From: an uncultured Chloroflexia bacterium
GTDB lineage: Bacteria; Chloroflexota; Anaerolineae; CG2-30-64-16
Length of the DNA: 64,000 bases
Assembly (NCBI GenBank): GCA_963800615.1
Contig: CAWDBO010000021.1
Coordinates: forward strand, 504,166-568,165
Direction: 5' to 3'
Each line of letters starts with the position of its first letter. Positions within the stretch are counted from its first letter, which is position 1. Both the position numbers and the translations under genes were made by a program. The notes beneath the pieces are model-generated. The model was not told the DNA's origin. It worked only from the letters and a program-made list of their open reading frames with translations, and did no database searches. Below are positions 58,145 through 64,000 of the stretch, in pieces.

Positions 58145-58937
58145 ATGGAAGCCCAGGTCCCGATCCGTCCCGCTTCGCTTGCACAGCAAGTCCTGCAGAT
58201 CCTCCTCGACCGGATCCGCCAGGGTGTGTATCCGCCGGGGTCGCAGCTTCCGCCCGAGAACCAGCTTGCCACCGAGTTTGCCGTCAGCCGCGCCACCGTG
58301 CGCAGTGCGGTCGAGACCCTGGCCGGGCGCCGCCTGATCGTGCGCCGGCAAGGCGTCGGAACCTTCATCAGCCGCCTCTCGGGGCTCGAGAATCCCCTCA
58401 ACGAAGCTATGGATTTTGCCGAATGGATTGCCGGCGCGGGCTACCAGCCGGGCTATCACTTCGCGCGGGTTGCGGTGGTGCCTGCGGGCGAGCACCTGGG
58501 CGCCGCGCTGGCGCTGCCTGCAGACGCCCGGGTGCTGCAGACCTACAAGGTGTTCACAGCGGACGGCGAGCCAGTGATCTATGCCATCAATCACATCCCG
58601 GTGGCAGTGCTCGGGCCGGCGCTGGCGGAGCAGGCGGTCGCGGATCCTTGCATGACCGAGCCCCTGTTCGATTTCCTCGAGCAGCGATGCGGCGAGCGCT
58701 CCGAGTACAGCATTGCGAGCGTACGCGCCGAGCTTGCGGCGAACTGCCCGTTTCCCGGCTTTGACGCGAAGCCCGGAACGCCCGGTGCTCGTCATCGAAG
58801 AAGTGGCCTACAATGCGAGCGAAATTCCGATCTGGCATTCTTACGAGTATTACCCCGGCAACCTGATTAGTTTCGATCTCGTGCGCCAGCGAGGCTCGTT
58901 CTCGCGCTCGGCGAATCGTGGCGCGCCCCGATCATAG
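58145..58937 (+). CDS. GntR-family regulator, HutC subfamily (UTRA effector domain); one frameshift near 58780
   Basis: wHTH (LPPENQLATEFAVSRATVRSAVETL) plus UTRA (58145..58870); C-terminus ..PVLVIEEVAYNASEIPIWHSYEYYPGNLISFDLVRQR in 58713..58937. Confidence 0.7.
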
Positions 58938-58963
58938 AAGCTCAACTCAATAGGGAGGATGGC

Positions 58964-59617
58964 ATGGCGGATGCAGCGTTGCGGAAGGCGATCCATGACC
59001 GCATCATCGACGGTGACAGTGATGCGATCGGCGAAGATGTCGATCGGGCCCTCGCGGCCGGCGACAGCCCACTCACGCTGATCGAGGAGGTGCTGAACCC
59101 GGCCCTCAAGGAGGTCGGCGACGCGTTCGACCGGGGCGACATCTACCTCCCCGAACTGATCATGGCCGCGGAGGCCATGCAGGCGGCCGTCGCCGTCGTG
59201 CAGCCGCACCTTGCCGCAAGCCAGCAGCAGGTCAGGAGCGCCGGACGGGTGGTGATGGCGACGGTCCAGGGCGACGTACACGACATCGGCAAGAACATCG
59301 TGTGCGCGGTGCTGCGGGCCAATGGGTTCGAGGTGTTGGACCTGGGCCGCGACGTGCCGGCCGCGGAAGTTGTGGCGAAGGCGCGCGAGTTCAAGGCCGA
59401 CATCATCGGCCTCTCGACGCTGCTCAGCACGACGATGCCATACTGCCGGGACACGGTCCGGCTGCTCGAGGAGCTTGGGATTCGCGACCAGTACAAGGTG
59501 TTCATCGGCGGTGGTCCGGTGACGCCGCAGTACGCCGAGGGGATCGGGGCGGTTTACGGCGGCGCCCACGCGGAGGCCGGCGTTCAGATGATGCTGCACG
59601 CGATGGGGAGGAGCTAA
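58964..59617 (+). CDS. Cobalamin-binding corrinoid protein 3 (intact)
   Basis: ATG with GGGAGGATGG RBS; cap domain plus VQGDVHDIGKNIV (DxHxxG); 217 aa. Confidence 0.85.
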   Translation: MADAALRKAIHDRIIDGDSDAIGEDVDRALAAGDSPLTLIEEVLNPALKEVGDAFDRGDIYLPELIMAAEAMQAAVAVVQPHLAASQQQVRSAGRVVMATVQGDVHDIGKNIVCAVLRANGFEVLDLGRDVPAAEVVAKAREFKADIIGLSTLLSTTMPYCRDTVRLLEELGIRDQYKVFIGGGPVTPQYAEGIGAVYGGAHAEAGVQMMLHAMGRS

Positions 59618-59620
59618 CCC

Positions 59621-60988
59621 ATGGTCGATTTCATCGAGGTCATGCGCCGCACCGAGAGCGGCCCGTACATGTCCGAGCGCGACTTCGACATCGAGATGAT
59701 CTTCAAGACCATCAGCGCGCTGGCAAAGAAGTACGGCGTGAAGTTCAACCGGAAGGAACTGATCACGCTCCAGCCCGAAATGGTGGACGGCGCCTTCCAG
59801 GCGGGACTGGAACTGGCCGAGATCGCCGGCATGTTCTGCATCAACACCTCCCGGCGCATCACTTTCACCCGTCAGGAACTGCTCGACGCGCTGCGGGTCG
59901 CGCCGCGCGAACTGCAAATCGGGTGGGGGAAGGATCAGCGCACGATCCGGGCGAAGGAGTGGGGCGTGCCCGCGCAAGCCGTTCATCTGGGGCGGTTTCT
60001 CGGGCGCGGCCATGACGGAGGAAGGGTACCGGGCGTCGATCCGGTCGTACATCAAGGAGCCCTGGTGGATGCGCTGGGCCACGGCAGCCTCTGGTGCATC
60101 GACGGGATGGAGGTGCGCACCGGCTCGCCGATGGAGGTGCGCGCGACCCGCCAGGAGCTGCTGTACGTGCGGGAGGCGCTCGCCCGCGAGGGCCGGCCCG
60201 GGATGCCCTTCGTGGCCGCCGAGAGCAGCACGACCGTCCTCGGCGACCTGGCCGTGATGCAGCCCAACCTGATGCCGCCCGGCGCATTCCACTTCGTGCC
60301 CACGCTGAACGAACTCAAGATCGACTACCACAACCTGACCAAGGTGATGTCGAGCTACGAGTACGGGGTGTACAACATCAACCTGGTCGACGCGATCGTG
60401 GGCGGTTACGCGGGTGGGCCGGAGGGCGCCGCCATCGTCACCATCGCCGCGTTCATCCTGGGGCAGATCGTCTGCCGGGCGTCCGTGTCGCTCTGCCATC
60501 CGGCGCACAACAAATGGGTTTCGACCAGCCCGGCGCCGTGCATCTGGGCCGAGAACATCGTGGGCCAGGCGTTTGCCCGGAACGCGCCGATCATCACGAT
60601 CGGCGACGTCTGGACCAGCGCGGGCACCGGCACGAAGGACATCCTGCAGGAGATCGCGGCTATCTCGATCACCAAGTCGCTGACCGGCAACAACCCGCAC
60701 GGCGTGGGCGCGACCAACGGCAAGTTCCACCACGGCAGCGGCCTCGACGTGCGCTGGATGGCGGAGTCGGCGCACGCCGCGTATAACAACCAGCTATCCC
60801 TGGAACGAGGCAACGAGATCGTCTGCGCGCTGGTCGACCGCTACGAAGGGAAATTCGCCAATCCCGACCTGGGCAAGCCGTACGACCAGGTGTACGACGT
60901 CGCCACTGCGCGGCCGCTGCCGTGGTGGCAGGAACTGTACGACGAGAACCGGCAGGAGTTCGCGCGCGACTTCGACCTGCGGCTCTAG
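59621..60988 (+). CDS. MttB-superfamily methyltransferase (MttB-5); a pair of compensating frameshifts around 59975-60090
   Basis: 455-aa ORF, MttB-like over most of its length; alternate-frame ORF 60012..60257 (MTEEGYRASIRSYIKEP..) holds the conserved stretch for that interval. Confidence 0.75.
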   Translation: MVDFIEVMRRTESGPYMSERDFDIEMIFKTISALAKKYGVKFNRKELITLQPEMVDGAFQAGLELAEIAGMFCINTSRRITFTRQELLDALRVAPRELQIGWGKDQRTIRAKEWGVPAQAVHLGRFLGRGHDGGRVPGVDPVVHQGALVDALGHGSLWCIDGMEVRTGSPMEVRATRQELLYVREALAREGRPGMPFVAAESSTTVLGDLAVMQPNLMPPGAFHFVPTLNELKIDYHNLTKVMSSYEYGVYNINLVDAIVGGYAGGPEGAAIVTIAAFILGQIVCRASVSLCHPAHNKWVSTSPAPCIWAENIVGQAFARNAPIITIGDVWTSAGTGTKDILQEIAAISITKSLTGNNPHGVGATNGKFHHGSGLDVRWMAESAHAAYNNQLSLERGNEIVCALVDRYEGKFANPDLGKPYDQVYDVATARPLPWWQELYDENRQEFARDFDLRL

Positions 60989-61004
60989 CGCCGCGAAGTG
61001 GCTA

Positions 61005-61033
61005 TTGACAAGGCGGGCGCCGGTTGTATAATG
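61005..61033 (+). promoter_or_regulatory. Perfect-consensus sigma70-type promoter: TTGACA, 17-nt spacer, TATAAT
   Basis: Read directly: cTATTGACAaggcgggcgccggttgTATAATgg, about 270 nt upstream of the BMP SBP start codon. Confidence 0.5.
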
Positions 61034-61305
61034 GCTCATCAGACGTCTGAGGTCTTTTAGACGCCGGCACCCGGATTGCCTTCTTCACTGTTTTCTGCGT
61101 CATCGAGCCCTGGATCATGCGGTCTTCATCCAGGGCAGAAACCTCCCTACAACCAAGGAGCTTGGCCGCCAGTATCTCCGTTTAGGACAAACACACATAC
61201 GGAGTGTATGCGGGCGCAATTGTTTATATTGCGCTGTGGTTCATGGCAAGGCGCAATACTCGCCCCTTGCTTAACAGTCCGGAAGTACATCAGCCAAAGG
61301 AGGTC

Positions 61306-62454
61306 CGAATGTCCCGGTCACGCACACTCATGCTCGTCTCGTTGTTCGTCCTGTTGGCAACGCTGGCCGCTTGCGCGCCGGCTGCCCCCGCCCCCGCCGC
61401 GGCCCCTGCCCCCGCTCAGCCGACGGCGCAACCCGCCCAAGCACAACCCACTGCCGCGCCGGAGCCGGTCCTGATCGGCTTCGGCTATGTCGGCCCCGTA
61501 TCCGACGGCGGCTGGACGATGACGCACGACGAGGCCCGCAAGGCCGTCGAGGCCGCATTCCCCGGCAAGGTGAAGACAGCCTACGTCGAAAGCATGCCTT
61601 ACTCGGATGAAGCCAGCCGCGCGCTCGAGCAGTTCATCGCGGACGGCGCGAAGATGATCTTCATCAATTCCGAGTATGCGGACTTCGTGAGCAAGGTCGC
61701 GGAGAAGCACCCGGACGTCCTGTTCGTCGAATGCGACGGCCACAAGGTGCTGAAGAACGAGACGTGGTTCTACATCAACCACTGGGACCCCACGTACCTG
61801 ATCGGCATGGCTGCGGGCCTGATGACCAAGTCGAACAAGCTTGGGTACATCGGGTCGTACCCCGTGCAATCGGTGTACGCCAGCGCCAACTCGTTCCAAC
61901 TCGGCGCCCAATCGGTCAATCCCGATGTCAAGACCAAGGTCGTGCTGATCAACTCCTGGTTCGACCCGGCGAAGGCCAACCAGGCGGCCAACGCATTGAT
62001 TGACGACGGCGCGGACTTTGTCATGGACATCATGGACGAGACCGCCGCGCTGCAGGTCGAGGAGAAGCGCGGGGTTTGGGGCGCGACCTGGAACACCGAC
62101 CAGCGCCAGGCGGCCCCGACGAAGTACGTAAGCTCCGTCGACCTGAACTGGAAGGACTTCTACGTCTCCCAGGTCAAGGCGATGTTCGACGGCACCTGGA
62201 ACAACACCCCGGTGCTGCTGCCCATCACGAAGGGCGTGGATCGCGACGAGTGGGGACCCAACGTGCCGGCCGACGTGCAGACGAAGGTCGACGCGGTGCG
62301 CGAGAAGATGATCAAGGAGGGGTTCAATCCCTTCAAAGGTCCGATCAAGGATTCCACGGGCAAGGTGCGGGTGCCTGAAGGCAAGACACTGACGCCGCAG
62401 GAACTGTACGAGTGGGATTGGGCCGTCGAAGGGGTGAGCGGGCTGGAAAAGTAG
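61306..62454 (+). CDS. BMP-family ABC substrate-binding lipoprotein (second copy)
   Basis: ATG at 61306 with AAAGGAGG RBS; lipobox LLATLAACAPA; APAPA linker. Confidence 0.8.
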   Translation, partial: RMSRSRTLMLVSLFVLLATLAACAPAAPAPAAAPAPAQPTAQPAQAQPTAAPEPVLIGFGYVGPVSDGGWTMTHDEARKAVEAAFPGKVKTAYVESMPYSDEASRALEQFIADGAKMIFINSEYADFVSKVAEKHPDVLFVECDGHKVLKNETWFYINHWDPTYLIGMAAGLMTKSNKLGYIGSYPVQSVYASANSFQLGAQSVNPDVKTKVVLINSWFDPAKANQAANALIDDGADFVMDIMDETAALQVEEKRGVWGATWNTDQRQAAPTKYVSSVDLNWKDFYVSQVKAMFDGTWNNTPVLLPITKGVDRDEWGPNVPADVQTKVDAVREKMIKEGFNPFKGPIKDSTGKVRVPEGKTLTPQELYEWDWAVEGVSGLEK

Positions 62455-62620
62455 GATCGTCTCCCCGAGAGTCGACCCGGCGGGCTGCGGCGCAGGGCTG
62501 ACCTGTGCCACAGCCTGCCGGGCGCGTACCGTTACGAACAAGGCGGCGCTTAATCGATGGGCAGCCCATCTCAAACGGTGACAGCCGGAACCCCGTAACG
62601 ACCAACTCCTGGTCGAAATG

Positions 62621-64000
62621 CGGGGCATCTGGAAGCGTTTCCCGGGCGTCATCGGCGAACCAGGGCGTCGACCTCGAGCTGAGGGCAGGCGAAGTGCACG
62701 CGCTGCTCGGCGAGAACGGCGCGGGCAAGTCCACCCTGATGCACATCCTCTCCGGCATGTATCGCCCCGATGCCGGGATCATCCGCCTCGCAGGGCAGCA
62801 GGTCGAGTTCCGGTCTCCTGCCGCGGCCATCGCGGCGGGAATCGGCATGGTGCACCAGCATTTCCGGCTCGTGGAGGTGCTGACCGCGGCCGAGAACATC
62901 CACCTGGGGTGGCGCGACACGCCGTGGGGCGTCGCGGGCAACGTGCTGAACGAGCGGACGGCCAGGCTATGCGCGGAATTCGGGCTGCACGTCGATCCTG
63001 CGGCGCGGATCTGGCAGCTTTCGACGGGCGAGCAGCAGCGCGTCGAAATCCTGCGCGTCCTTTCGCGCGGCGCGCGGGTGCTGATCCTCGACGAACCCAC
63101 CTCAGTGCTAACCCCTGCCGAGGCCGACGAACTGTTCCGGGTCGTGCGCTCGCTGGCTGCCAGCGGCCGCACGGTCGTGTTGATCAGCCACAAGCTGGAA
63201 GAGGTGCTTGCGGTCTCGGACGGGGTGACGGTGTTGCGCGGGGGACGGGTGGTTGCGAACCGCCTCACCCCGGAGTGCGACCAGCACACGCTCGCAAGCC
63301 TGTTGATCGGCCAGGAAATCGTCTCGCGGCTGAACCGGAAGCAGCTGCCGCCCGGTAAACCCGTCCTCGAGGCGCTGCGGCCTGAACGTGCTCAGCGATC
63401 GCGAATTGCCGGCCCTTGTCGGGGTCGACATAACCATCAGAGAGGGCGAAATCCTAGGCATTGCGGGCGTGGCCGGCAACGGCCAGGCGGAACTGGCCCA
63501 GGTGCTCACCGGACTGCGGCCCCTCGACCAGGGGACTATCTGCGTAGACGGGACGGTGCTGTCAGGCGCTGGCCCCGGGCGCTACGTGGAGGCGGGCATC
63601 GGGCACATCCCCGAAGACCGGCTCGGAATGGGGCTGGTGCCGAGCCTCTCGATCACCGACAACGCGATCCTGCGGGAGTACAAGAGGGCCCCGATTGCCA
63701 GGCGCGGGCGCATCGACGCACGCCAGGCGGCCGCGTTCGCAGATGCCCTGGTCGCTCAGGCAGCGGTGCGCGTTCCGAACACCCGAACGCCGGTGCGGAA
63801 CCTGTCCGGCGGGAACGCACAGCGGCTGCTGGCGGGGCGGGAAACGCGTATCGCCTCGCGGCTGCTCATCGCAGTGCATCCGACGCAGGGCCTCGACGTT
63901 GGCGCAACCGAGGAGCTGCGCCGGGTGCTGATGGAGCACCGCAACGCCGGCAGCGCAGTGCTCCTGATTTCGGAAGACCTGGACGAAGTGCTGATCATGT
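62621..64000 (+). CDS. BMP-associated ABC transporter ATP-binding protein (duplicated NBD), 3'-truncated by window end; one frameshift near 62660
   Basis: MRGIWKRFPGV then (shifted frame) ANQGVDLELRAGEVHALLGENGAGKSTLMH ... LSTGEQQRVEILRVL..LILDEPTS; second NBD begins near 63400 (GIAGVAGNGQAEL). Confidence 0.7.

Overview
64 kb high-GC (about 65-70%) bacterial chromosomal segment. Proline/threonine/alanine-rich linkers in secreted proteins hint at a Chloroflexi-like or actinobacterial organism, but this is a guess. No rRNA, tRNA, CRISPR, transposase or integrase was found. From coordinate 1 to about 57.8 kb nearly every gene is on the minus strand. The content is metabolic and accessory and groups as follows. 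(1) A roughly 15-gene minus-strand operon from 32129 to 15410. It starts with an RpiR regulator followed by mtnA (methylthioribose-1-P isomerase) and mtnK (methylthioribose kinase), a two-subunit DhaK/DhaL kinase, an RbsB-type sugar ABC importer, a 3-hydroxyisobutyrate-dehydrogenase-family reductase, an FGGY sugar kinase, a form-IV RuBisCO-like protein (RLP), a xylose-isomerase-like TIM-barrel enzyme, a VOC-fold enzyme and a UroD/MtaA-family methyltransferase. This combination matches no canonical methionine-salvage, DHAP-shunt or MTA-isoprenoid-shunt layout and is the best candidate for an undescribed pathway. (2) Directly upstream is a BMP-family (nucleoside-type) ABC importer plus an MtaD-like amidohydrolase. 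(3) Five non-pyrrolysine MttB-superfamily methyltransferase genes, three cobalamin-binding corrinoid proteins and three UroD-family genes. One MttB gene is translationally coupled to a three-subunit xanthine-dehydrogenase-family molybdoenzyme and a CodA-like amidohydrolase. (4) A MacAB-like efflux system with two tandem ATPase genes, a GH36-like glycosidase, a secreted metallophosphoesterase, a degenerate TPR gene and several regulators (GntR x3, Lrp, RpiR). Three families of short tandem or palindromic repeats occur: one inside the RLP operon and two bracketing one MttB gene. Most genes longer than about 600 bp need one or more 1-nt frameshifts to restore an obviously homologous reading frame, so CDS coordinates are approximate and often joined from two or three ORF-track pieces. 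Likely causes are indel sequencing errors or genome decay.
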